From NCBI GenBank assembly GCA_021789945.1, contig JAJYIS010000003.1:1-55616 (forward strand): a stretch of DNA of 55,616 nucleotides, given 5' to 3'. The position numbers and the translations under genes were made by a program. The stretch comes from Thermoplasmata archaeon. GTDB taxonomy: Archaea > Thermoplasmatota > Thermoplasmata > UBA10834. Positions 1 to 9,440 of the stretch are shown here, one piece after another. Position 1 is the stretch's first letter; every line of letters begins with the position of its first letter. The notes under the pieces were generated by a model. That model did no database searches. It saw nothing but the letters and a program-made list of their open reading frames with translations, and was not told the origin of the DNA.

Positions 1-101
1 ACGACCACCAGCTCGTCGCCGAGCTTCTTCGACTCTTCGAGATAGTGGAGATGGCCGAGATGGATGATGTCGAATACTCCTGTGGCCATGACGCGAACCA
101 T
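1..101 (-). CDS. ribL: FAD synthase (cytidylyltransferase family), partial, runs off window start
   Basis: Hand translation from ATG at 101: [33 protein letters not shown], with the HxGH nucleotidyltransferase motif; directly downstream of ribB. Not in ORF track. Confidence 0.88.
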   Translation of the reverse strand, partial: MVRVMATGVFDIIHLGHLHYLEESKKLGDELVV

Positions 102-107
102 TGGCGC

Positions 108-815
108 TCACCAGCTTTTGAACTCCTTCCAGGCCTCTACGATTTCGGCCCCCTCGAGAAACACGAGCCCTCGGCGCTTGGCCCGGGCCTTGGCGTCCTC
201 CTTGGACAACGCCTTGCCGTCGTCGCCCATCATCTCGCACACCGTGGCCGACGGCACCATCCCCGCCATGATGACCAGCGCGGTCGCGAGCTCCGTGTGG
301 CCGAACCTCGTCTCGAGGATCCTCTCAGAAGTGTTGAGCAGATGCACGTGGCCCGGCGCCCTGAAGCTCTTGCCGAACTCCCGCTTCGCCCATCCGTCCT
401 CGGACGTTAGGGCCTTCTTCGCGAGAGACGAGAATTCCGATATCGTGAGCGCGCGGTCGTTGTCCGTGATCCCGGTGAAGGTCCTCCTGTGATTGATTGT
501 GATCCCGAAGGCAGACTTCACATCGTACGGGATGTCGTTAGGCATGAGGCCCTTCATGACGGGGTAGTGCTCCGCCATCCCGAGGAACAGCTCCGTCAGG
601 AACGGTAGGCCAAGCGCCTTCTGGATGCGAGTGTCCGCGGTCGTGCATATGAGCCCGCCCGCATCCTTCCGCAGGATCCTCACGGCCTCTGAAGTGACCT
701 TCTCGGACGCGATGACCATGTCCGTCTCCTCCTCGCGTCCGTCAGCATCATAGACGAGGACTATCTTGCCATCCTTGAGCTCCAGGAGGGCCCGCGTCAC
801 GGCTTCTGTGGCCAT
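108..815 (-). CDS. ribB: 3,4-dihydroxy-2-butanone 4-phosphate synthase
   Basis: Motifs D-x-DGREEETD, GITDNDRALT, FRAPGHV, GHTE, CEM; likely start MATEAV at 815 (ORF track 863). Confidence 0.93.
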   Translation of the reverse strand: MATEAVTRALLELKDGKIVLVYDADGREEETDMVIASEKVTSEAVRILRKDAGGLICTTADTRIQKALGLPFLTELFLGMAEHYPVMKGLMPNDIPYDVKSAFGITINHRRTFTGITDNDRALTISEFSSLAKKALTSEDGWAKREFGKSFRAPGHVHLLNTSERILETRFGHTELATALVIMAGMVPSATVCEMMGDDGKALSKEDAKARAKRRGLVFLEGAEIVEAWKEFKSW

Positions 816-873
816 TGTCGCGAAGATGCCGCATCGGAATATTATGAATGGTGTAGTTACCATCTCGAAGGTA

Positions 874-3765
874 TCAGTCGACCCTTCTTAAGGCCTCGGC
901 CGGAGCCAGTTTCGCGGCGCCTCTCGACGGAGGCAGCGTCGCTGCCAGGGTTATCAGGAAGGCGATTGCGACCAGCATCAGGAGGTCAACCCATGGGATC
1001 ACGAACGCGGAGTACTTGCTGAACCCGCCCCAGTCGTACAGCCTGTACGAGAGCGCCAGGCCCAGGAGCACGCCCATGACTATGCCCAGCAGGGAGACGT
1101 ACGAGGTCTCCAGCATGAACGTGCCGAGTATCATCCTCCTCTGGAAGCCGATCGCGCGCATCACGCCGATCTCCTGCCGTCTCTCGGCAACGCTCCTGAT
1201 CGTGATTATGCCAAGCCCGGATATGCCCACGACGAGCCCCATGCCGAGGAATATCTCCATCAGCTGCATCGTCGATGACACGATTCCCATGTACGACTGT
1301 ATCGTGTCCCTGGAGACGTAGACCCGCAGGCCGTAGGTCACGAACCTCTTCTCCAGCTCCTTTGCGACCTCGTCGTCCGTCCATCCGCTCTGATGGGCCG
1401 TGGCGATGTAGAACAGGTTCTGCTGGACGACGTACGTGTTGTTCTTGACGAAGTCGCTTGACGTGAAGACCGCCATGTTCATCGTCTGGTCCATTATGCC
1501 GATGACCTTGACATGGACCTGGTGCCCGTCGGACATGACCATCGTGAGGGTCTGCCCGAGGTCGACCCGCAACGTCCCGCTCGACGGCCCGTACGTCTGC
1601 CCCCTCACGGTCCCGTCGATCACCGCGACGCCCGGGTCGTGGGCCACCGCGTTCCACGCTTCGCTGTCCGAAGCGTAGTCCGAGGACCGCATCAGGAGCG
1701 AGAAGGCGTTCTGCTCCAGCATGGACTGGGACATGCCCAGCAACATATACGGCACAGTCTCGTTGGCGCCGTTCTTGATGATCGCGATGGGGGCGGTGAC
1801 GCTGGGCTCGACCCTGCTGATGACCCCCGAGTCCGTCAGGTCCTGGACCTGCGCGGAGAACGCGTTCGTCGGGATGTCCCTGATCGAGATGCCCATGAGC
1901 TCGAAGCCTCCCGAGAACTGCTGGGTCATCGCGTCCACGCTCTCCCTCTCGAACGAGGCTATCATGGCGAGCACGGTCACGGTGAACATGATCAGCGCGA
2001 AGATGAAGAGGCTCAGGCCGGTCCTGAACCTCTTGTTCATGGGGTAGCTGATGGCCACCCTGAACACCGGGAGTAGCGAGCGCTTCTTGCCGCCCGTGCG
2101 GACCAGCCCCCCGAGCAGGAGGTCGCTGTTGAAGACGGCGATGAGGACGCCGGCGATCACCAGCAGGATCCCTGTGAGAATGAACATCTCCATCCCGCTC
2201 TTCAGGGCTCCGAAGAGGTACGGGTGGAGGTTCGTCGGGTCGAGGGTCCACCAGATGATGAACATCCCTGACACGGTGAAGGTCCACCTGGGGTTCACGT
2301 TCTTCACCAGGGCCATCGAGATCCCGAGCAGTATGAGGGACGGACCTGCGTATATCCCGGCAGCCTGCTTCGACGATATCCCCGATGCGAAGATCAGCAG
2401 GCCCAGCGCGATGCTGAGGACGCCTGTCACGAGGTACTTCCTGCCGGACTTCGCCAGGATCGGCTCTGGGATGTCCCTGATGGCCCTGACGATGTTCAGC
2501 TTGCTGACTCTCCACGACGCCACCACAATCGTCAAGAGGGTGATCAGGAACCCCGCGCACGCCGCGACCAGGATGCTCGATGGCTCGAAGTGGAGAGTGA
2601 AGGCCAGCCCCCCGCCCGCGACCGACGAGAACAGGCCCATCATGACGCCGGCGATGGCGAGCCCCACTATCGAGCCTATGGCGGCAGCGAACAGCGCGTA
2701 CACCACACCCTCGAACAGGAAGGTCTGGGTCAAGTCCCCGCGCTGCATGCCTATGGCCCTCGAGATCCCCATCTCCGGCTTGCGCTCCTCCGCGAGCATC
2801 ACGAATATGTTGATTATCAGGGCGATCCCGGCTATGATCGTGAACGAGCTCATGATGATGAACAGCTGCGATATCTGGTCCGCCGTCGATTTCGCTGCGT
2901 CCACGCCGTCCTTCTTCACCTCGTCGAAAACATAGTCGTACCCTGGCGGCAGCAGTCCCTTGAGCTGGGTGACCGCCTGATCCGAGACGAGGTATCCCTC
3001 ATCTATCGACCCCGCGGCCGAGACGTCTATCCTGTTGATGTCGTTGGGCTGGAGCATCACGTCATTCTGGACGTAGCTCAGGTCGACAAAGACCAGCTTC
3101 TCGTTCTGCCAGCGGCCTAGCCCCGAGTTGTAGGCCACGTGCGAGACTACCGCGAACTCCGGGACATTCGTCGGACCTATGATCTCGATCGTGTCCCCCG
3201 GGTTCGCGTTCAGCTCGTCAGCAAGGCCCTGGTTGATCACGACGTTCCTGCCGGAGATGTCGTCCGGCGTGACGGGATTCCCGTTCTCGTCCAAGAGAGG
3301 GTCGAGGCTCTGGCTGAGATTGACCCCGAAGATCGTCGCAGATGGATATGGAAGGCCGTTCGCCTGGTCGAGGACAGAAACGGATTCTCGGACCGCCGGC
3401 GCTGCCCCGTCGAGGTAGTTGGCGTTCCCGCCGGCTATCGCGACCATCAGGTTCGTGGCAACAGACTGGTCGAAGTACACGTCCCTGCTCGTGTTGTCCT
3501 TCACGGAGATGACGATGTCGACCGCGCCTGTCGAATCGAAGGTGTCCTTCTTGATGAGGTAGCTGAGCGTGTCCGCCATCACGAGCGAGCCCGAGATCAT
3601 CGCGGTCGCGATGAGGAGGCCGGCCGTGATGATGACCGTGAACTTCCTCTTTCTCCAGACGTTCCTCACCGCCATCTTGGCGAGCGTCCTCCGCCTGAGC
3701 ACCAGGACGCCCACCACGGCCAAAACGAGGAGCACAATCAGAAGCAGCTGGGTCGCCGAGTTCAA
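874..3765 (-). CDS. ABC transporter permease, FtsX/MacB-like (duplicated, 963 aa)
   Basis: Two repeats of TM, large extracytoplasmic domain and FtsX motif (ERKPEMGISRAIG; ERRQEIGVMRAIG); adjacent to an ABC ATPase. Confidence 0.88.
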   Translation of the reverse strand: MNSATQLLLIVLLVLAVVGVLVLRRRTLAKMAVRNVWRKRKFTVIITAGLLIATAMISGSLVMADTLSYLIKKDTFDSTGAVDIVISVKDNTSRDVYFDQSVATNLMVAIAGGNANYLDGAAPAVRESVSVLDQANGLPYPSATIFGVNLSQSLDPLLDENGNPVTPDDISGRNVVINQGLADELNANPGDTIEIIGPTNVPEFAVVSHVAYNSGLGRWQNEKLVFVDLSYVQNDVMLQPNDINRIDVSAAGSIDEGYLVSDQAVTQLKGLLPPGYDYVFDEVKKDGVDAAKSTADQISQLFIIMSSFTIIAGIALIINIFVMLAEERKPEMGISRAIGMQRGDLTQTFLFEGVVYALFAAAIGSIVGLAIAGVMMGLFSSVAGGGLAFTLHFEPSSILVAACAGFLITLLTIVVASWRVSKLNIVRAIRDIPEPILAKSGRKYLVTGVLSIALGLLIFASGISSKQAAGIYAGPSLILLGISMALVKNVNPRWTFTVSGMFIIWWTLDPTNLHPYLFGALKSGMEMFILTGILLVIAGVLIAVFNSDLLLGGLVRTGGKKRSLLPVFRVAISYPMNKRFRTGLSLFIFALIMFTVTVLAMIASFERESVDAMTQQFSGGFELMGISIRDIPTNAFSAQVQDLTDSGVISRVEPSVTAPIAIIKNGANETVPYMLLGMSQSMLEQNAFSLLMRSSDYASDSEAWNAVAHDPGVAVIDGTVRGQTYGPSSGTLRVDLGQTLTMVMSDGHQVHVKVIGIMDQTMNMAVFTSSDFVKNNTYVVQQNLFYIATAHQSGWTDDEVAKELEKRFVTYGLRVYVSRDTIQSYMGIVSSTMQLMEIFLGMGLVVGISGLGIITIRSVAERRQEIGVMRAIGFQRRMILGTFMLETSYVSLLGIVMGVLLGLALSYRLYDWGGFSKYSAFVIPWVDLLMLVAIAFLITLAATLPPSRGAAKLAPAEALRRVD

Positions 3766-3774
3766 GGTCCCACC

Positions 3775-4491
3775 TCAGAACGGCTGCGGGGCGAAGTCCT
3801 TCTCGACCTTCCCGTCGCGCATCATGACTATCCGGTCCGCCAGCTTCCCGACGTTGTAGTCGTGGGTGACGATCACGAACGTCTGCCTGTTCTGCTTGTT
3901 CAGGTCCCGGAGCAGGACCATGATCTCCTTCGAGGACTCGCTGTCCAGATTCCCGGTGGGCTCGTCCCCGAAGACGATCTCCGGCTTGTTCACAAGGGAC
4001 CTAGCGATCGTCACGCGCTGCTGCTGTCCGCCGGAGAGCTCGGAGGGCTTGTGGTTCTGCCATTCCTCGAGGCCGACGGCCTTCAGGGCCTCCATGGCCT
4101 TCTTCCTCGCCTCTTTCGGAGGAGTGCCTGATATGAGCAGCGGAAGCTCGACGTTCTCGGCCGAGGTGAGCACGGGCAGGAGGTTGTACGCCTGGAATAT
4201 GAACCCGATCTTCTCCGCCCGGTAGCTGGTCCTCGTCCGGTCGTCCATGTCGGAGAGGCGGGTACCTCGTATGAAGATCTCGCCGCCAGTGATGTCGTCC
4301 AGCCCGGAGAGGCAGTTCAGCAGAGTCGTCTTGCCGCACCCAGATGGCCCCATGACCGCTATCATCTCGCCTTCCTTCACCGCGAGATTGACTCCTCTCA
4401 GCGCGTCGACCTTCACCTTGCCTGTGTCATAGGTCTTCTTGACTTCCTTCGCCAGGACGATGGCGTCCGTCCCAGTCACATCCGCACCCAC
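3775..4491 (-). CDS. ABC transporter ATP-binding protein (LolD/MacB-like)
   Basis: Walker A GPSGCGKT, signature LSGGQQQR, DEPTGNLD, H-loop VTHD. Confidence 0.95.
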   Translation of the reverse strand: MGADVTGTDAIVLAKEVKKTYDTGKVKVDALRGVNLAVKEGEMIAVMGPSGCGKTTLLNCLSGLDDITGGEIFIRGTRLSDMDDRTRTSYRAEKIGFIFQAYNLLPVLTSAENVELPLLISGTPPKEARKKAMEALKAVGLEEWQNHKPSELSGGQQQRVTIARSLVNKPEIVFGDEPTGNLDSESSKEIMVLLRDLNKQNRQTFVIVTHDYNVGKLADRIVMMRDGKVEKDFAPQPF

Positions 4492-4660
4492 AGCGCTCGC
4501 ATGGCCCTTGGTCTTCGGAATTGTCTTCCCCCCGGCAAATCCCAGTCTGTATCTGGATGGAAATAATACATCTTTCGGTCTTTGAGCGTTGCGCTTGCCG
4601 GAATTTCACGCGGCCAATCCAGGAGATGCATTAATATGCGCAATCCAATACAAGATTCGA

Positions 4661-5701
4661 ATGTTGGATTCGAGGGAAAGACTGGGCTCGCTCGACAAGA
4701 GAGGGATGCTCAGCACGATCGAGCAGATGCCGAAGAACCTCTCGGAAGGGGTCAGGCTGGGTACGCGCATGAGCCTGCTGAGGTTCTCGCCGTCGAAGGT
4801 GGTCGTCTGTGGCATGGGCGGCTCCGCCATAGGAGGGGACCTCCTCTGCGAATGGGTCTCCTCGATTTCCGAGGTCCCGTGCAGCGTCCATCGGTCGTAC
4901 TCGGTCCCGAGCCACATCGACAAGGACTCGTTGGTGATAGTCGCCAGCTACTCCGGGGACACTGAAGAGACCCTCAACATGTTCGAGGCCGCCCAGAAGA
5001 AGGGCGCGAGGATCGTGGCGATCGCATCCGGCGGCGAGCTCGCCCACAGCGCCGAGAAGCTGGGCATCCCGTGCGCGAAGATACCCACGGGGATGATGCC
5101 GAGAGCCTCCCTGGGCTTCATGATGGGGGCGATGATAGGCATTCTCGAGAGGACGCAGATGGTCTCGTCCGGCGAGCAGGTCGAGGAGACCGTCAGAGTG
5201 CTGAAGAGCGTCATCGACTCATGCAAGCCCTCGGTGAAGACGGCCGACAACCCCGCCAAACGCCTTGCGCACGAGCTCATGGGACATGTGCCGGTCGTCG
5301 TGGGATACGGTCTCTCGAGGCCTGTAGCCAAGAGGTGGGCGAACCAGCTGAACGAGAACGCGAAGTCGCTCGCGTTCAGCTCGGAGATACCCGAGCTGGA
5401 CCACAACGAGATCGTCGGCTGGATGAAGGACGGCCTGAGCAGGGGCTTCGCGGCCGTGATCCTGGACAACGAGCAGGGCAACAGCGCGCTCTCAAGAAGG
5501 GTCGAGGCGACGAAGAACATGCTCACGAGGGTCGCCTCTGTGCACCGCGTCAAGTCTCTCGGCCGCGGTCCGCTCGCGCAGATGTTCTCCCTTGTTCTTG
5601 TGGGGGACTACGTCAGCGTCTACCTGGGGATCCTGAGGGGCGAGGACCCTTCCGCGAACGAGCCCATCGACGAGCTCAAGTCCGTTCTCGCGAAAAAGTG
5701 A
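4661..5701 (+). CDS. Bifunctional phosphoglucose/phosphomannose isomerase (PGI/PMI)
   Basis: SIS motifs GMGGSAIGGD, SYSGDTEET, QLNENAK, PELDHNEIVG; ATG 4661 lies ~25 nt after TTAATAT. Confidence 0.92.
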   Translation: MLDSRERLGSLDKRGMLSTIEQMPKNLSEGVRLGTRMSLLRFSPSKVVVCGMGGSAIGGDLLCEWVSSISEVPCSVHRSYSVPSHIDKDSLVIVASYSGDTEETLNMFEAAQKKGARIVAIASGGELAHSAEKLGIPCAKIPTGMMPRASLGFMMGAMIGILERTQMVSSGEQVEETVRVLKSVIDSCKPSVKTADNPAKRLAHELMGHVPVVVGYGLSRPVAKRWANQLNENAKSLAFSSEIPELDHNEIVGWMKDGLSRGFAAVILDNEQGNSALSRRVEATKNMLTRVASVHRVKSLGRGPLAQMFSLVLVGDYVSVYLGILRGEDPSANEPIDELKSVLAKK

Positions 5702-5745
5702 TTATGATTCTCCCGTCAGACCGTCCGGTCGCCCCGACAAGAATG

Positions 5746-5777
5746 AAAAAAGAGCGTGAGAGGGCGTTCGCCCCCTC
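5746..5777 (-). terminator. Hairpin plus U-tract terminator downstream of the RHH gene
   Basis: Minus strand GAGGGGGCG-AA-CGCCCTCTC (one G-U pair), then ACGCTCTTTTTT. Confidence 0.55.
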
Positions 5778-5890
5778 CATGTTTCCCATCCCAATTGAGC
5801 TGCGTTGGCCAGCCCTTCCTTCCCTTTGTTCGTCAGAGTGCGGGCGCGGTGTCGTCCGCCTTCCGTCAAGGCATCCGTCCCCTCAGTGAA

Positions 5891-6289
5891 TCATTGGACT
5901 CTCATTCTGGACGCAGTGCGGGCCATCCCTTTCCGCGTGCCGCGGTCCTCGATCGCCTCAGCGACCTTCTGTCGAAGCTGCTCCTTGCCCTCGAGGTAGT
6001 ACCGCTTCTTCTCCTCGACCCACCCCGCAAGTGCCAGCGTCACGGCCTGAGATATGTCGGTGGCATCGCCGCTCGCTATGAACATTTCGACATCCTCTGC
6101 CAGAGCCGCGGGCACGATCGCCTGGATCTTCTCTCCGTTCCATGTGGCGACCTCGTCGTGCAGGTAGTGGTATAGCGCCTCCCTCACGACGTCCGAAAGG
6201 CTCTCCTGGCCGGTCCGCTCGCGTATCGCCTCGAGCTCCCGAAGGTCTTCGTCGGGCAACCGAATGTTGAGACGTGCTGTGCTTTTCAT
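5891..6289 (-). CDS. Ribbon-helix-helix (CopG-like) transcriptional regulator, probably two tandem RHH units
   Basis: N-terminal RLNIRLP...SLSDVVREAL; second unit KIQAIVP...DISQAVTLAL. Confidence 0.78.
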   Translation of the reverse strand: MKSTARLNIRLPDEDLRELEAIRERTGQESLSDVVREALYHYLHDEVATWNGEKIQAIVPAALAEDVEMFIASGDATDISQAVTLALAGWVEEKKRYYLEGKEQLRQKVAEAIEDRGTRKGMARTASRMRVQ

Positions 6290-6305
6290 CGTTATCGCGG
6301 TGCCT

Positions 6306-6336
6306 TGTATGACACATTGTCATACATTCTATAAAT
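6306..6336 (-). promoter_or_regulatory. Perfect palindromic operator next to the TATA box of the RHH gene
   Basis: TGTATGACA-CAT-TGTCATACA at 6306-6326; minus-strand TTTATAG box at ~6329-6335. Confidence 0.7.
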
Positions 6337-6513
6337 AGGTAACTGCAAGATTGTCGACCTGTGTTTCCACTGCAGCCGGTCCAAGAATCTCCACGAACGC
6401 TCCGGCCGAAAGGGCGGGCCACACGCGTCCGCACGAAGCGGGACGAGCGCACCAGGCTACACCTTCCTGGTCATGGGATAGATTTTTTACCTTTCAACGA
6501 ATTGCACGAGATT

Positions 6514-7812
6514 GTGGCATCCGCAAAGCAGCTTGCCCAGTCAGTCAGGGAGCTGACGAGGAAGCACAATTCTTGGTTCAAGGAATCGATCCCGCTGATC
6601 GCCTCCGAGAACGTGATGAGCCCAGTCGCGAGGGAGGTCCTCAACTCCGACCTGAACAACAGATACGCCGAGGGGCTGCCGTTCAAGAGATACTACCAGG
6701 GCAACATCTATGTCGACGAGATCGAGACCATCTGCGAGAACCTCGCCAAGGAAGTTTTCTCCTGCAAGTTCGCCGACGTCCGGTCGATTTCCGGAACTGT
6801 GTCGAACATGGCCGTCCTGATGGCCCTCACCAAGCCTCGGGACAAGATGACCACCGTCGCGCTCTCCGATGGGGGCCACATATCGCACGCGAAGATCGGC
6901 GCGACCGGTGTCAGGGGCGTCAGGACCTTCAACTACCCGTTCGACGAGAAGAACATGAACATAGATGTCGAAGGGGCGAAGAGGCTCATCAGGGAGGTGA
7001 AGCCCAAGGTCGCGCTGTTCGGCCAGTCCGTCTTCCTGTTCCCCACACCGCTCAAAGAGCTCAACGGCGTGTTCGAGGAGGTCGGATGCACCACGTGGTA
7101 CGACGCCGCGCACGTGCTCGGCCTCGTCGCGGGGAAGAGGTTCCAGGACCCGCTCAAGGAGGGCGTGGACGTAGTCTCGGGCAGCACGCACAAGACGCTC
7201 CCGGGGCCACAGCATGGCATGATCATCTCGGACCTGTCGAAGGACGGCCTCGAGACCTCCCTCAGGCGAGGGGTGTTCCCAGGCGTCACGAGCAACCATC
7301 ACCTGCACTCCGTGGCCGCGCTCGCGGTGACCCTTGCGGAGACCAAGGAGTTCGGTGAGGCCTACGCCGACCAGACCATCAAGGACGCGAAGGCGCTCGG
7401 AGGGGCCCTCCACGAACGCGGGTTCAACGTGCTCTGCGAGCACCTCGGGTTCACGGCTTCGCACACGATCGTCGTCGATGTCGAGGAGTACGGCGGCGGG
7501 GCGAAGGTGGCCAAGGCGCTCGAGAAGGCGAACATCATTCTGAACAAGAACCTGCTGCCGTGGGATTCCGACCCCGTCAGACCGAGCGGCATCAGGATAG
7601 GCGCCCAGGAGCTGGCGCGCCTGGGCATGAAGGAGAACCACATGGCGGACGTCTCCGAGCTCATCGCGCGAGTCGTGGTCAAGGGCGAGCCCCCGGAGAA
7701 GGTGAGGGAGGACGTGATCGAGTTCAAGCGCCAGTTCACGAAGGTCCACTACTGCTTCTACGAAGGCGAGGAGGCCTACGACTATCCCGCGTACGACGGC
7801 GACATCGTCTGA
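6514..7812 (+). CDS. glyA: Serine hydroxymethyltransferase
   Basis: LIASEN, RYAEG..KRYYQG, GGHISH, PLP-lysine motif STHKTLPGP; probable GTG start at 6514. Confidence 0.95.
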   Translation: MASAKQLAQSVRELTRKHNSWFKESIPLIASENVMSPVAREVLNSDLNNRYAEGLPFKRYYQGNIYVDEIETICENLAKEVFSCKFADVRSISGTVSNMAVLMALTKPRDKMTTVALSDGGHISHAKIGATGVRGVRTFNYPFDEKNMNIDVEGAKRLIREVKPKVALFGQSVFLFPTPLKELNGVFEEVGCTTWYDAAHVLGLVAGKRFQDPLKEGVDVVSGSTHKTLPGPQHGMIISDLSKDGLETSLRRGVFPGVTSNHHLHSVAALAVTLAETKEFGEAYADQTIKDAKALGGALHERGFNVLCEHLGFTASHTIVVDVEEYGGGAKVAKALEKANIILNKNLLPWDSDPVRPSGIRIGAQELARLGMKENHMADVSELIARVVVKGEPPEKVREDVIEFKRQFTKVHYCFYEGEEAYDYPAYDGDIV

Positions 7813-7869
7813 TTCTGCGAGACTCTACTTTTATTAGAACCCAACCTAATCTGACCCTGCAGGAATGGG

Positions 7870-8694
7870 ATGGCTGCTCGCAGAACGCTTCTTCAGGTGT
7901 CGATAGCGATCGTCAACCTCGTGATCGCAGCGCTGGTCTTCACCAGCATCTGGCCGTTCCCCAGCGGGGACTTCAAGGTAGATCTGCCGTCCGCGAGCGA
8001 GATCCATTGGACGTTCTCGAACGGCACCGTCCAGGTGGTCGCACCGTTCACTGTCGACAACAACTGGATATACGATGTCGACAACCTCGAAATCTCATAT
8101 CTCATCTCGAACGAGTCGAACAAACCTCTGGCTGGAGACACGCTGAGCGTGGGCTCGATCCCCGCCGGGAGGACCGTGTCCTCGCAGCTCGAGTTCGACA
8201 TCGACCTCGCCACGTTGTTCTCCCAGGGGATCGATTGGATGGTCTTCCACGACGACATGCTGTACTTCCGCTTGGAGGCCACGTGCTGGTACACCATGAA
8301 TCTCATCCACTTCGACGCGGTGTACGAGGTCAGCGTGCCGTGGGACGCTCTGATACAGGGCTATGGGATCTCGAACGTGACCTACCCGACGACTCTGCCC
8401 GCGCCCGGCACGCCGGTGTCCGTGACGGTCGACTACTGGCTGGCGACCTCGAACCTGCTCAGAAGTCTGCCCGCGGCCGCCGTCACCCTCTCGTACTACG
8501 GGAACGACACTCTGCTCGGCTCCGCCCAGACGACCGTCCAGCTCGGCGGCAACTACTCCAGCGTCGCCACCGTCGATGTGAACCCACAATACTACACTAG
8601 CTATTGGCTGGAGCTGCAGTTCCAGTTCGGCGGCTTCACGGTCTCGCAGCGGTGGAACGTGACTACGTCCACACCGTGGGGTATGCTCCCATGA
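7870..8694 (+). CDS. Hypothetical membrane-anchored/secreted beta-rich protein
   Basis: N-terminal hydrophobic helix, Ser/Thr/Val/Tyr-rich body, genome-like codon usage. Confidence 0.7.
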   Translation: MAARRTLLQVSIAIVNLVIAALVFTSIWPFPSGDFKVDLPSASEIHWTFSNGTVQVVAPFTVDNNWIYDVDNLEISYLISNESNKPLAGDTLSVGSIPAGRTVSSQLEFDIDLATLFSQGIDWMVFHDDMLYFRLEATCWYTMNLIHFDAVYEVSVPWDALIQGYGISNVTYPTTLPAPGTPVSVTVDYWLATSNLLRSLPAAAVTLSYYGNDTLLGSAQTTVQLGGNYSSVATVDVNPQYYTSYWLELQFQFGGFTVSQRWNVTTSTPWGMLP

Positions 8695-9440
8695 AGCCGC
8701 GCAACAGGCTGTCCGACTCCGTGTGGACCGCCTTCACCGAAGGCCTCAGGTTCGTCGTCGTGCCGATAGTCCTCATAGACCTCATCACCAGGAACTACCC
8801 GCTCCTGACGACGCCGTTCATGCCACAGATCCGGGAGTACATCCTGATCTTCGGTGGGATGATCGTGGCGGCGAGCTCCCTCGAGGTGATGAACAAGCCG
8901 GGCTCCTTCAAGCGGCTGCTCTTCGGCCTGTCATCGCTCGGGTTCGTGTGCATGTGGATGTTCGTGATCTTCGGGGGAGGGCTCGCAGAGTTCACATACG
9001 GGCCGTACCATTTCAGCTTCGACATCACCAAGGTCGTCTACATCATGCTGATAGGCATCGGACTGAAGGGCTTGCTGGTCGTCACGACCTACTCCGACAA
9101 CAGGCAGGGCCTGCTCGAGGAGGCCAGGGAGAAGGGGCTCGAGAAGGCCGCCGCAAGGGAGGTCAAGAGGTCCCGGCCCGCAACGAGGACGAGGGCCGCG
9201 AACCCGGAGTTCTCGGCGTACTCGCGCCTGGCCTATGAGGTCACGCACGACGAATCCGTGGGCTACGAGCCTCCTCCTCCGCCCCCGGCTGTGCCAGCTG
9301 CGCCGCAACGGACGATCAGGACGGTCAAGTTCAAGACCTGCCCGATATGCGGCGAGAAGGCCCTGTCGAACGAGACGGTCTGCAGGAACTGCGGCGCGTG
9401 GTTCTCGAGTGACTCGTTCAGGTTCGAGAAGAGTTCCTGA
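8691..9440 (+). CDS. Hypothetical membrane protein with Pro-rich linker and C-terminal zinc ribbon
   Basis: About 4 TM segments, PPPPPP linker, CPICG-x-CRNCG; ATGA overlap with the upstream gene. Confidence 0.72.
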   Translation: MKPRNRLSDSVWTAFTEGLRFVVVPIVLIDLITRNYPLLTTPFMPQIREYILIFGGMIVAASSLEVMNKPGSFKRLLFGLSSLGFVCMWMFVIFGGGLAEFTYGPYHFSFDITKVVYIMLIGIGLKGLLVVTTYSDNRQGLLEEAREKGLEKAAAREVKRSRPATRTRAANPEFSAYSRLAYEVTHDESVGYEPPPPPPAVPAAPQRTIRTVKFKTCPICGEKALSNETVCRNCGAWFSSDSFRFEKSS

